Shown: positions 39,969 through 55,367, counted from the stretch's first letter. The stretch is 64,000 nt of DNA from Eledone cirrhosa (GCA_964016885.1 OZ024745.1:102920001-102984000), one strand, 5' to 3'. Program-made: numbers and translations. Notes: generated from the sequence alone by a model not told the origin.

Positions 39969-42598
39969 ATTTAGATGCTATTTCTAGCACACCTATGGAC
40001 TATCATGAGGTTCCCCATATTTAGCTGCTATTTCTAGTACATCAGTTGTCCACCATAAGGTTCCCCATTTCCCCTATTTAGCTGTTATTTCTAGCACGCC
40101 TATGGACCATCATGAGGTTCCCCCTATTTAGATCCTATTTCTCGCACAACTATGTTCCACCATAAGTTTCCCTCTATTTAGCTGCTATTTCTAGCACACT
40201 TACGAACCACTATGATGTTCCCCCATATAACTGCCAATTCTAGCACACCTATGAGGTGGCCCCTCTTTGGCCTATGTAGCTGCTAGTTCTAGCACACCTA
40301 TCGACCACCATGAGGTTCTCCCTATTTAGCTGCTATTTCTAGTACACCTATGGACCACCATGAGGCTCATGCTGATAAGCTGCTATTTGAACCACTATGA
40401 GGTTCCCCTTATTTAGCTGCTATTTATAGCTCACTTATAGACCACCATGAGGTTCTACTGCTTTAGCTGATGTAGCTGCTATTTCTAGCACATCTATGGG
40501 CCACCATGAGTTTCCCTCCATTTAGCTGCTATTTCTAACACACTTACGAACCACTATGATATTCACCCATTTAGCAACTAATTCTAGCACACCTATTGAA
40601 GACCACGAGGTTCCCCATATTTAGCTGCTATTTCTAGCACACCTATGGACCATCATGAGATCCCTCCTATTTACCTGCTATTTCTACCACACCTATGGCC
40701 CACCATGTGGTTTCCTCTATTCAGCTGCTATTTTTTTACACATCTTGGACCACTATTATTTAGCTGCTATTTCTAGCACACCTATGGACAACGATGAGCT
40801 TTCCACTATTTAGCCGCTATTTCTAGCACACCTATGGACCACGATGAGGTTTCCACTATTTAGCTGCTATTTCTAGCACACCTGCGGACCATCATGAAGT
40901 CCCCATTTAGCTGCTATTTCTAGCACACCTATGGACAACGATGAGCTTTCCCCTATTTAGCCGCTATTTTTAGCACACCTATGGACCACGATGAGGTTCC
41001 CCCTATTTAGCTGCTATTTCTAGCAAACTATTGGACCAACATGATGTTGCTCCTATTTAGCTGCTATTTCTAGCACACCTATGAAAGACCATGAGGTTCC
41101 CCATATTTATCTGCTATTTCTAGCGCACCATGTGGTTCCCCCTATTTAGCCTCTATTTTTTTGCACATCTTTTGACCACTATAATATTCCCTTCAATTAG
41201 CTGCTATTTCTAGCTCACTTATGGACCACCATGAGGTCCAACCTCTTTAGCTGATATAGCTGCTATTTCTAGCGCACCTGTGGACCATTATGAGGTTATC
41301 CTAATTTAGCGGATTTAGCTGTTATTTCTAGCATACCTATAGACCACGATGAGTTTCCTTCTATTTAGCTGCTATTTCTAGCACACTTACGAACCACTAT
41401 GATGTTCCCCAATTTAGCTGCTAATTCTAGCTCACCTGTGGAAAACCACGAGGTTCCTCTTATTTAGCTGCTATTTCTAGCACACCTATGGGCCACGATG
41501 AGGTTCTCACTATTTAGCTGCTATTTCTACCACAACTATGGACCAACATGGTGTTCCTCCTATTTAGCTGCTATTTCTAGCACACCTATGGACCACAATG
41601 AGGTTCCCCTTCTTTAGCTTATGTAGCTGCTATTTCTAGCACCATGAGGCTCATGCTGTTATTATGCTGTTTCTAGCACACTTATGGACCACTATGAGTT
41701 CCATTCATTTAGCTGCTATTTCTAACACACCTATGGACCACACTATGGTTCCCCTATTTAGCTGCTATTTCTAGCACATTTATGGACCACCATGATGTTC
41801 GCCCTGTTTACCTGCTTTTCTAGCACACCTATGGACCACTATGAGGTTCCCCTTATTTAGCTGCTCTTTTTAGTACACTTATGGACCACTATGATGTTCC
41901 ACTCAATTAGCTGCTATTTCTAGCTCACCTTTGGACCACCATGTGGTCCCACCTCCTTAGCTGATGTAGCTGCTATTCCTAGCACACCTATAGACCACTA
42001 TGAGGTTCCCCATATTTAGCTGCTATTTCTAGCACAGCTATGGACCACTATGAGGTTCCTCCTATTTGGCTGATATTTCTAACACACTTATTGACCACCA
42101 TGAGCTTACCCCTGTTTAGCGGATTTAGCTGCTATTTCTAGCACACTTATAGACCACCATGAGTTCTCTCTATTTAGCTGCTATTTATAACATGCTTATG
42201 GACCTCTATGAGGTTCCTGATATTTAGCTGCTATTTCTAGCACACCCATGGGCCACCATGTAGTTTTCCCTATTTAGTTTCTGTTTTTAGCACACCTATG
42301 GACTACCATGAAATTCTCACTATTTACCTGCTGTTTCTTGCACACCTATTGACCACCATGAAGTTCCCCCTATTTGGGTGATACTTCTAGCATGCCTATC
42401 AACCACCATGACGTTCCCCATTAGCTGATGTAGCTGCTTTTTCTAGCACACCTATAGACCACCATAAGGTTCCCCCTATTTAGCTGCTTTTTCTAGCACA
42501 CCTATGGACCGCCATGAAGTTCCCTCTATTTAGCTGATGTAGCTGCTATTTCTAGCACACCTATGGACCACCATGATTTTCCCCTATTTAGCTGCTTA
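39969..42598. repeat. 50-bp satellite array, about 50 diverged copies
   Basis: Consensus ATTTAGCTGCTATTTCTAGCACACCTATGGACCACCATGAGGTTCCCCCT; period 50 (e.g. 40621 vs 40671). Confidence 0.95.
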
Positions 42599-42830
42599 TT
42601 TCTCCATTCCATTTTATAAGGTCAATAAAATAAGTACCAGGCAACTTACTGGGATTGTTGTAAACCACACAGGGAATACAGTTTTACATATACATTGATA
42701 TTCATCTTTGCCATATAGCAGTATTGTAGAAATATACAAAGCAGTGAAGAGAGTTTTAGGCTGTTGTGACCTGTCAAATGATTTGGCATGCATGGGTGTG
42801 GACTTTATAGTGGAAAAAATCATGTTTTAG

Positions 42831-43054
42831 CCCTTTAGCATTTACATTACTCTATATATATATACTATTGTAGTTTTGTGGTAAAGGCTTTATCTTACAT
42901 AATTATCTCACATAATATCGAATCTAAAAGATTTTTATGTTATTTATTTTGAAAACAATACCTTAACTCAGCATGAGTGGTTGGTTATGGCTAGTTTGAG
43001 CAGAAATAGGTGATAGAATTCTGGCTGGATATGGCAGGTTTAAATGCTAAAGGG
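42831..43054. mobile_element. piggyBac-type MITE (opposite orientation)
   Basis: TTAG|CCCTTTAGCATTTA ... TAAATGCTAAAGGG|TTAA. Confidence 0.85.
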
Positions 43055-44099
43055 TTAATAATTGCTTCTACTTTTGGCACAAGGCCCGCAATTACCCAGT
43101 TCATTACTGGTACTTTATTTTATCGACCCAGTAAGGATGAAAGGCAAAGTTAACTTCAATGCGATTTGAACTCAGACCGTAAAGGGACGTAACTATGCTG
43201 GAAAGCATGGCGTCCGACCCTCTACTGATACTGCTGATTCACCGTTAATAATGTCCTTAGTGTGGGCAGAGAAAGAAGTGTCAAATACTAGGTTTGTAAG
43301 CTTAGAAAACTGTAAGTTGAAATTATTTTATTTGGAAGAAAGTGGCGAATATCTGGGAGAAAAGGGTGCCCGTTGTAGAGTTAGCGAAGCATGCAGCTTC
43401 GCTAACTCTAATGATGGAAATCAATAAAAGAATAAGTTTGCTCAACCAGAGTCAATTTGATGAACATTAACACAATACTTGAAGTTGTCAGCTAAACTAG
43501 ATTTATTGAATTGGTCCATATGGCGAGAGATAAGATAGATATGTGGTTAAATATAGGGTGATGGGTAATTTAACAGGTCACGTGTTGAAATAAAAGTGTA
43601 GGGAAAGTGATAATGAGACAAGTAACAGAGAAAGGGCTAGAGAATTGTATACCAGCTCTGATAAGAACTAGCAAGTGGGGAAGAGGGTGAGGATAAGAGG
43701 AATACCAATTATTGACAGATTGTGAAAATAAAATAAATAGATGACAGGTGTGAAAGCAAATAGCAAATTATAGTCAGTTAGTGACAGAAAAACAGAAAAA
43801 TATGGGAGGTGAAAAACAAAAACAGTGAATTTGTTACAAAGGTCATTAACTGAAATAGAAAGAGAGAATGGACACACACACATAGACATATACATACATA
43901 CATATCATCATCCCGTTTCACATCCATTTTCCCATATATAAAAACATATTTTCTAAATAGAAAACAAAGTGGCAGTGACCTCGAAGTTTCAGCTCACTTT
44001 CTTACATAATAAATTTCTACACTCTACTCACCAGTATTGAGTGCTCCTTCAGTTAATGAATCAAACATTCATGATTTTCAGCAAACAGGTGGAGTACTT

Positions 44100-44144
44100 G
44101 GCTTTGATAAGTACCAATCAGTACGAAACACAGCTCTGTCAGCT
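44100..44144 (+). ncRNA. Minimal type I hammerhead ribozyme (U3/A8 variant), family E
   Basis: ggct TTGATAA gtac-caatca-gtac GAAA cac-agct-ctg TC agct. Palindromic loop 3, one stem-III mismatch, cleavage predicted after 44140. Confidence 0.7.
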
Positions 44145-44370
44145 TTATCTCCCCTGTTTGCTGAAAATTAAAAGTGAGACTGTCACTACTCTAAAACAAT
44201 CGCTTAAGGTCTTCGAAATGCTTTTAATTAAGCATACAGTGTATTGCAAAATACACTATATATACATTCATATATATATCGCTATTTCAGAGCGCCAATT
44301 TTAATATATATATATATATTTATAATAAATGCTCGGTAAACTGATACGTACATATATATATGTGTGCCTG

Positions 44371-44409
<39 letters not shown>

Positions 44410-44814
44410 GCTACTGTACGTCTGTATACATACATACTTACATTTAAGTAAGTGCCGTACTAAGAGTGAGAAATGAAATTTCGTTTCATTCTATTCCATT
44501 TATCGTTTTCGGTGCGCCTGGCCGACTGAACTCACTCGATATGCAAATTAGGCTGCTCAGCCGTTAATTTTCATAAGGAAAGTATATACTTTCGAACGTT
44601 CAACCATCTGGCAGAAAGGTATACGGTGCTGACGATAGCTAACAAGCTTGAAACTAGTACATCGTTCCTGTGTCAGTGTTGAACAAAAAGGTGACGTGGT
44701 TGCCTGAACACTGTACGGCGTAAATCAGGCTGTCCGTTTGTTTAAAAACGAACAAAGCGAACATTATAATAAATGTTCGGTAAACTGATACGTACATATA
44801 TATATGTGTGCCTG

Positions 44815-44849
<35 letters not shown>

Positions 44850-44903
44850 ATGCTACTGTACGTCTGTATACATATATGTATGTACGTATACATACATACT
44901 TAC

Positions 44904-44941
<38 letters not shown>

Positions 44942-44947
<6 letters not shown>

Positions 44948-45280
44948 ATATTAAATAAATGGAAACTATATTTATAAAACCATATTTATTTTATTATATA
45001 TATTTCAAGGGTAACCAAGACAACATTGGTACACTTTCATCAGATAAAATACAAAGTTTGTTTTATAAATAGAGACATATTTTATAAATAGAGACAATGT
45101 TGTCTTGGTTACCCTTGAAATATATATATTAAAATAAATATGGTTTTATAAATATACTTTCCATTTATTTAATATCGTTGAATATTTACTCCAGTAAACT
45201 GTTGAGTGCTCTAAATCAGTTATAAACATTTATGTTTGTCAGACTTCCATCAAATTAAATACCACTTCTACTTAAATATA
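44942..45280. mobile_element. Penelope-like terminal element, family B (inverted copy plus sense copy)
   Basis: 44942-45030 is the reverse complement of about 45095-45181; the element is embedded in (TA)n. Confidence 0.8.
44987..45051 (-). ncRNA. Minimal type I hammerhead ribozyme, family B
   Basis: Minus strand: tattttat CTGATGA aagtgtaccaa..ttggttaccctt GAAA t-atat-a TA ataaaata. Canonical core, 8-bp stem I, palindromic loop 3, AUA cleavage triplet. Confidence 0.85.
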
Positions 45281-45289
45281 TATATATAA

Positions 45290-45432
45290 GTTATTTCCGG
45301 ATTCAATCGGGGGTAACCACAGTAAGTAGGGTACTCAATACATAGCAGAGTATAAATGTTTTAATATAGAAAACCTTCTACAGGACTAGAACTGTTTCAT
45401 TCGTGAATGAAACAGTTCTAGTCCTGTAGAAG

Positions 45433-45438
<6 letters not shown>
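45290..45438. mobile_element. Penelope-like terminal remnant, family D, ending in a perfect 28-bp hairpin
   Basis: Arms 45375-45402 / 45405-45432 contain GAAACAGTTCTAGTC; homologous to 12716-12890. Confidence 0.7.
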
Positions 45439-45528
<90 letters not shown>

Positions 45529-45704
45529 GTATGCCCTGATAATACAGGACAAACAGTCTGGAACTAACTGTTGAAACAGCTAGATCTCAGCTGTCAGGTC
45601 CCGACACTTTGTAACATATATAAGACAGTGTAGTGTATTGTTTATAAAGATTAAGATAACATTTAGATCACACATGGATTTTTCCATGCTTGCATGGTTT
45701 AGAC

Positions 45705-45859
45705 CAGTGGTTCTCAACCAGGGTCCATGTAATATTCCAGGGGGTCCACAGGCAAAAAGTAGAATAAGCTTTTATTTTGTCGAATAGCTATGAGGGAGTC
45801 CACCCACCAAAAAATAAGGGAAAAGGGGTCCATGAGTAAAAAAAGGGTGAAAACCACTG
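45705..45859. mobile_element. hAT (Charlie-like) MITE
   Basis: TIR CAGTGGTTCTCAACC / GGGTGAAAACCACTG; perfect 8-bp TSD GTTTAGAC (45697-45704, 45860-45867). Confidence 0.92.
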
Positions 45860-46777
45860 GTTTAGACAGTACAGCCTGTCACCGCTTGTTGTATTTCTTC
45901 ATCATCTCCTTTGAGTTTCAGCATTTTCTGATCCACACTCACCACGTCTCCCCAGGTCTTCCTCTACTGCATCTCCCTTCCATTAAATATATATCACCAT
46001 CATCATCATCATTTAACGTCCATCTTCCACGCTAATATGGGTAGGACGGGTTGACCCTTAGGGAGAAAATCAGGTCAGAGGACCATGTTTAGCTCATCTG
46101 AGGCAGATTTGGGCTTGGAACTAGGGAGGGGTGGAGGAAGCTTGGGAAATTGTGGACGTAGCTAATGAAACAAAACAAACGCAGGAATGAAAATATACAG
46201 TTACATTAGGTCTTGCTTGGAAGAATTGGAGGAGGCGTTCAACATTATATATATATATATATAACATTATATATATATATATATAACATTATATATATAT
46301 ATATAACATTATATATATATATATAACATTATATATATATATATATATATATATAGGTTGACTTTGCCTTTCATCCTTAAGGTGTCGATAAAAATAAAGT
46401 ACCAGTAATTCACTGGGTATTTTGCTGGTCTTGTGCCTAACGTAGAAACAATTATGGCAGTATCGGTAGAGGGTCGGACGTCATGCTTTGACACATAGAG
46501 TTATGCCCCTTTCCATTCTGAGTTCAAATCCCACCGAGGTTAACTTTGCCTTTCATCCTTACGAGGTCGATAAAATAAAGTACCAGTGGCAAATGTAGAA
46601 ACAATTATATATGTATAGTAATAATAATAAATTTTGAAGACTAAAATCCAAAGAGGGCCCGATAAAGATAGTTTCAGAAGATCCCGTTAAGGGTGAAAGC
46701 GGCGATTCTTTGCTTAAACTTTAATCTGTTATTTTAATAAATATATATATATATATATAACATTATATATATATATA

Positions 46778-46853
46778 CAGGGTGTACCCCAAAAGTTTAC
46801 TCACATTCAACAGCATTCTAATAAGAGTGTATATACTTTTTGGGGTCACCCTG
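46778..46853. mobile_element. 76-bp Tc1/mariner-type miniature element
   Basis: TA|CAGGGTGTACCCCAAAAGT ... ACTTTTTGGGGTCACCCTG|TA. Confidence 0.75.
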
Positions 46854-47669
46854 TATACACACACACATATGTGTATATATAAAATGAAAGAGAGGAAGAA
46901 GGAAGTAAGTTACAAAAACACATACATAATACACACACACGTATATATGTGCGTGTGTGTTTATATATATATATATGTATATATATATTTATATTAAGAT
47001 ATAATGAAACTAAGCAAATCTGATAATAGAACAGTAGAGCCAGAAAAAACAAACAAGTGTATATGTTTGTATATTTTTATGAGTTTCTGAGTGGGTGGTT
47101 CTGTGTGTTTGCTTGTATCTGAAGCAGTGATATCTTAGTATCTATCTACATCATTTCGTTCCGCGAGCCATTCACAGACAATTATAGTAAATATGGAATC
47201 AAAGGAGCGCATCCGCTGAACAGCCGTTCTTAAACATCAAGAATCGCGACAAACGTGTGGGTAAATGGAAATACACGAGTCCGTGACACGTGCCCAATCT
47301 TAACACCCACGAAACACATGTTCGTGGCAACTGTTATACTAGCGTGGGCGATAAGAGAGCGACAAGCAAGTGATTTATTATTTAAAGAGACTTAAGAAAA
47401 TAGAGAGAGTTTTTTTAAGGGAGATAAGCAAGTGTTTCCATTTCGTAATTCCTCACTGTTTGTTTAATACTTGCATACGTTTTATTATTTTGTTTAATAC
47501 TTGCATACGTTTTATTATTTTTATGAATTCAATATTTACATACTTTTTTTTTTTTCACAAATGAAAGAAGTATTCAATACACATTGTTAGGTATAATTGT
47601 TTTTTTATTGTACGCAGATAGTTTTTCCTTTCGATGGTACTCAAAGTTTCCCATTCTTGACGTTGATTC

Positions 47670-48030
47670 AGTGGTTGTGGTAGTAGTAGAGTGGTAAGGA
47701 TGTGACTGGTGGTAGTAGTGATAGTAAGGGTGATAGTGAAGCTAGAGATGTTAGTGGTGGTAGAATTAATAGTAGTGGAGATGGTAGGGATGTGATTGGT
47801 TGTAGTGAAGCTAGAATTTTAGTGGTAGGTGTGGTAGAGATATTAGTGGTGATAGAATTGATAGTAGTGGTGGTAGTAATAGTTTTAATGGTGATGACAA
47901 TGATGGTGGTGATAATAGTAGTTGGAGAGGCACTGATGGTGATAGCAGCAGCAGCTGTAATAGTAGTAGTAGTAGTAGTAGTAGTAGTTGTGGTAGTAGT
48001 AATGATAGTAGTAGTGGTGGCGACAATAGA
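47670..48030. repeat. (GTA/GTG)n low-complexity tract
   Basis: Degenerate trinucleotide repeats. Confidence 0.85.
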
Positions 48031-50669
48031 ATAAGTAATTATATAATATCTTATTGATAATGATAATAATTGTTTCTACTTTTGGCACAAGGCCAGCAAT
48101 TATCCCAGTGTAGTATATTACTGGTCCTTTATTTTATCGACCCCGTAAGGATGAAAGGCAAAGTTAACCTCGACTGGATTTGAATTCAAAGCGTAAAGGG
48201 AAGTAACTATGGTAGAAAGCATGGCGTCCAACAATAATTGTTTCTAGTTTTGGCACAAGGCCAGCAATTAATTAATTAATTAAGTATTACTGGTACTTTA
48301 TTATATCAACCCCAAAAGGATGAAAGGCAAAGTTAACCTCGGCGGGATTTGAACTCAGAATGGCAAGGGCCGTAACTCTATACGTCAAAGCATGGCGTCC
48401 GACCCTCTACCGTTACTGCCAATCCACCGTCTCTCTCTCTCTCTCTTTCTCTTAATGTTCAATTCTTTACAATAATAATGTTTTGGGTGGTAATGATGGT
48501 GTGGTGATGGTTGTTGTTGTTTAACACCAGGTAGGTCCCCATGGACCATATCTGTGACCAGAGGCATTCTATTTATGTCATCATGTTACAAAAAAAAAAA
48601 ACAAAAAAAAAACAAGAACAAAAAAAAACTACATTGTCCTTTTTCTAAGTTGTTAAAGTATAGTTTGAGGGAAATTTGGTTGCTATTTCTAGCATGTCAA
48701 GCGACTACAGAGTAATTGTGGTTTTATAGTGATTTGACAGTTGTTGATAATGAGGGTAATTATGTGTGTAGGGGGGGGGGGTGATAGTGTTACAAGTAAA
48801 TTTTGAATTGCTGACAACAGTAGGAGTTTTTTTTTTGTTTTGTTGTTGTAGTAATTGTTATTGTTTATTATTGTTGGGTAATTGCTGGCCTTGTGCCAAA
48901 AGCAGAAACAATTATTGTTGATGAGGTTGTGTAGTAGTAGTAGTTGTTCCTGTTGATGATGAGATGGAATTAATAATAGTAATAGTTGTAGTAGTAGTTG
49001 TTGTTTTTGTTTTGATGGCTTTCATTACAATAATTATTTCTACTTTAGGCAGAAGGCCAGCAATTATCCAGTGCATTACTGGTACTTTATTTTATCGACC
49101 CCGTAAGGATGAAAGGCAAAGTCAACCTCGGCGGGATTTGAACTCAGATCGTAAAGGGACGTAACTATGCTGGAAAGCATGGCGTCCGACCCTCTACCGA
49201 TACTGCCATACAATAATGATAACTATAATGATAATAATGTTTTTACTTTTGGCACAAGGCCAGCAATTATCCCAGTACATTACTGGGTCTTTATAATAAT
49301 AATGATAATAATGAAAATATTGTGTACAGTGCTCAGGTGCACTACAACTCATCAAAAGTGTATGTATAGTACATAGGGTAATGTACAAACATCAGGAAAA
49401 TGAACAGTGCATGAGTCACGATATACACATGTGTGCATGTGTATGTTATCGACCCTGTAAGGATGAAAGGCAAAGTTAATCTCGGCGGGATTTGAACTCA
49501 GAACGTAAAGGGCCATAACTCTACGCTGCAAAGCATGGTGTCTGATGCTCTGCTAATACTGCCAATCTTTATTGATCACAAAGAAGTTTATCAGGGAGTC
49601 ACTAAAAAAGGGAGGTGCCTGTCTTCAGCCCTTTCAGATGCGTCCACCATACACCTCTTTCACCATGGCCACCAGACAGACAAAATCAGCTTGCCCTTCT
49701 TGGCTAAGGAAGAGTGGTGGGGGCGATTTTGACGATGGATTCAGTTGACAGTCGGATCCATCCCACATGTGACAGCAGGTGTTCGGGATAAACCCATAAG
49801 CCAGTGATACTCAGACACTGGATGAGTGCGTGCATGATGGTTTCGTTACCCTGCATCTCAGACATGCCCAACTGACAGTACTTCCATCCCTGTAGAGTTT
49901 ATTTTAGACCGGCAATGCTCCCCAGTAGCACTGCCAGGCCAAGTATTTTTGGAAGTTATCCATAGGCACAAGACCGAAAGTCCTGCAGAAGAAATGGTTA
50001 GTTGATTTTCGTTGACACCCAGAGTTTCCCCAAGACTGTTGTCACTTTTACCCATCACTACCCTTCCATAGAACACCAAGGTGGAATTAATAATAACAAT
50101 AATAATAATATGGGCCGATAAAATAAAGTACCAGCAACGTACTGAGTCGATTTAATTGACTTTCCCCTGCCCCAAAATTGCTGGCCTTGTGCCTACTAAA
50201 TCAGAAACAATTATTCTAGTTTGGTAGGTGCTATAATGGTGGTGATGTTGGCAATAGTAGTTGATACTATCAAGAAAGAGAAGGTAAAAAGTAGGACTGA
50301 GGTATAGTAATTAGTAGAATGTATTTCAATAATGAGTGTGATTAGTATGTGGTGTGTGTGATGTTGTTGTTGTGGTGATGATGGTGGTGGTGGTGGTGGT
50401 GGTGTGAAGGTTGAAATGCAATTAGATATTGTTGATTTTGTGACATCAGCGGTGGTTGTAATAGTAGGGGGTATTAGTGGGTTAGAGTATTAGCTGGTGG
50501 GGTTGGAGAGAGAGGGAGGAGGTAGTAGTTTGGATGAGGGTAAACGACTGGGTTATGGTGGGAGGGAGACCTTGTCAACAGTTAAGAATAATAACTGAGG
50601 TAGCGGAGGTATGGAGTGAAAATGGTATGATTGCTGTTTCACTGCAGGCCAACCTTGAGAAAGAATCCT

Positions 50670-52092
<1,423 letters not shown>

Positions 52093-52139
52093 GAATATCT
52101 GAAGGGTGAGGGTGATAGTAACAAAGCATTTGGCGAGAT

Positions 52140-52565
52140 AGAAAAAAAAAATCAGAAAGTTAGCCATGTGCAGTGTGCAGGAAGGGTGCTAAAGGAAATT
52201 CAATTTAATGCATGATGTGCATGCATTGAAAATGTTGTAGTGTGAAGGTATTATTACATAATATGGCAGCTACTGATGGGGAAGATGTTGAATTGGATCT
52301 TGGGATTGGTGTGAAAACATTTTGTTACCTTGGAGACATGTTAAAGAGAGAAGGTGGATCAGACCCTACAACAGTATCTAGAATGAGATATGCATAGAAG
52401 ACATTCCAGGAACTGAGTGGTGTGCTATTGAGGAGGGGAGTGTCCCTGAAACTGAAGGAAAGGTTATGCTTCATGTGTGAGAAGTGCCATGATTTATTAT
52501 TATGGCTAATGAATGTGGAGCGGCAGAGATGGTTGGGAAGAACAGAAATAAGAATGGTCCAGATG
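52140..52565 (+). mobile_element. Decayed RTE fragment
   Basis: Degenerate FCYLGDML..GG....RMR.A...FQELSGVL..G.SLKLK, homologous to 28620-28830. Confidence 0.7.
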
Positions 52566-53451
52566 ACGAACTATAAATTAAATCAATAGAGTGAGATCGT
52601 TGGGTGATGTGCTGTGGAAGCTAACAGTACTGGTATGTACTCCTGTCCAAGCTTACTAATCCTCAGCTATAAGTTGAATAGCCTCGCTGTTTTGTGAGGC
52701 AAAAGACTTAAAGCTTAAAATATATCTGCAGTAGAGTCCTTAAGGTAGTTTATTGTTTAATTTGACATTCTTCTGGCAACTCATGCAGCCAAACTGATGC
52801 CAAATGCAATTGTCTTGCATCCCTTTGAAGCACACCAACAAAGTTGAGAGGAGGATCCTCTGACTAACCAATCCGGGATCTTCCTATGCCTAACCCAGGA
52901 TTGTGGCCAAGAGAAGTCCCTGACTGACCAATGGTGCAACGTCCCATTGTTTCCTGTGACTGGCACATGCTAAAGGAAGATGTGATCTGAGGTAGATTTG
53001 GTTGTTATTTCTTGTAGGTCAAGTAGCCAAGTAGAAGGCAAGTAGTGTACTGGTGCTTCAGTATGACCTCAATCAAATAAACAAAGCCAGTTAAAGAATA
53101 AAAGCAAAAAAGACAACAGACTGATGACATTTAAAGAAAACTACCCATATTCGTATCAACATACCCACATTCATATACACATATGTAAGGTATCAAATGA
53201 CATACACAAAACAAATACACATATATACACATATACAGATGTTCAAAGAGCCATACATATAGATGGATAGAAATATGAAGTAACATTCTTGCACTAACAC
53301 TAAACATCACACCCTCATATAAGCACTTCAATTTACACATACATTTAGAAATATGCTTACACCTACATATGGTACAGAGTGAAAATACGCACACACACAA
53401 GGTGAGTGTCCATGCTTCATTTAATATTTTCTCATGTACAAACACACTCAA

Positions 53452-53519
<68 letters not shown>

Positions 53520-53539
53520 GTATGTATATATACTCCCAC

Positions 53540-54030
53540 TGTTGACAACAAAAGGTGTCTCACTACATCCAAAAGGACAGCTGTATGCCACCTGTGTATG
53601 AAGTGCAATGTTGGATGGTAGTGAAACATGAGCTGTGACTTCAGGGGACATGCGTAGTCTGGAGAGAAATGAAGCAGCCATGCTGTTTGATGTGGAATGT
53701 AAATGTGAGAGAAAGGCAGAGCTTGGATGAACTGAGAGAGAAACTGGGTTTAAGAGAAATCAGAAGTGGTGTGCAAGAGAAATGTCTGTGTTGGTACGGA
53801 CGTATGGTGTGTATGGATGATGATCGTTAGGTGAAGAAGTGCTAAGAAATTCCAGTGGAAGGAAATCAGAGAAGAGGCTGATGAAAGAAGACAGGCAGAA
53901 GTGGTGAGAGAATCTTGGAGAAGATGATCAAGGAATGTGATGAATGGAGAGATGCTGTGCTGAAAAGAACTTGTCTAATCCTTGCAAGCATGGAGAAACG
54001 AAGGGATGTAAAAATGATGATGATGATGAC
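53540..54030 (+). mobile_element. Decayed RTE 3' fragment with (GAT)n tail
   Basis: ML.GSET.A....MRSLERNEAAML..LREKLG, homologous to 28750-29200. A similar fragment lies at about 62850-63250. Confidence 0.75.
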
Positions 54031-54939
54031 TATATATGTATCTCTCTCTCTATATATATATATATATATAACAATATATAATTGTTTCTATTTTTGGCAC
54101 AAGGCCAGCAAATTACCCAGTACATTACTGGTACTTTATTTTATCAACCCCCGTAAGGATGAAAGGCAAAGTTAACCTCGGCTGGGTTTGAACTCAGATC
54201 ATAAAGGGACGTAACTCTATGCTTCAAAGCATGGTGTCCGACTCTCTACCAATACTGCCAATCCACAATATATAATGTATCACTTTTCACACAACTATGC
54301 CAATTCTGAGTCATGCTTTGTCTAGGAAGAAGACATCAGTAATGCCCTAAAATTGTACAAACCCTTAATTAGTTGTGCTTTTTCTATTACATTCGTAACT
54401 TAAATCCATCAATTTCAATGCCACTGTAGTTTCTCCATTCTAGACCATCTCTTTTACTCTTGTAGCAGTTGATGATGAATGAGTATGATAGCTCCCTGCA
54501 TTACCTGATTGATTATGCAAGTGTCTATCATGTGACATCATTCAACGAGGACTGTAAATTTGGCCAGTCCCAACCAATCTCGCCTCAAGTGGGACAAAAC
54601 CATCCAACCCATGCTAGAGTGGAAGATGGACATTAAACGACGATGATGATGATGATGATGATGTATGTGTGTCTGTGTCTGTGTGTGAGTGTGTGCATGT
54701 ATTTATTATTTGTGTGCTCTGTACCATGACATTTGTACAGCTTGCAAAATTTACTTTCATAAAGGAATGTTTCTCAACACAATTTTACAGATTATACTGC
54801 CAATAAAAAGATTTGTCTCATTTGCTGATTGAGGATTTACATTGAGCTCAAAATATTATCAGCATAACTGTTTGTTTATTTGGGTATTTACTTTCATGAT
54901 ATATATAATAATGATAATAAAAGGATGTTACACTCCCTC

Positions 54940-55363
<424 letters not shown>

Positions 55364-55367
55364 TCAT

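Noticed and set aside
39969-42598. CRISPR-like array (conserved 20-mer plus more variable part)
   Set aside because: The variable parts are homologous to each other rather than unique spacers; eukaryotic context and no cas genes.
46671-46710. Functional hammerhead (CAGAAGA..GAAA); likewise 35295-35322
   Set aside because: Core substitutions and poor stem I/III pairing; counted only as possible decayed remnants.
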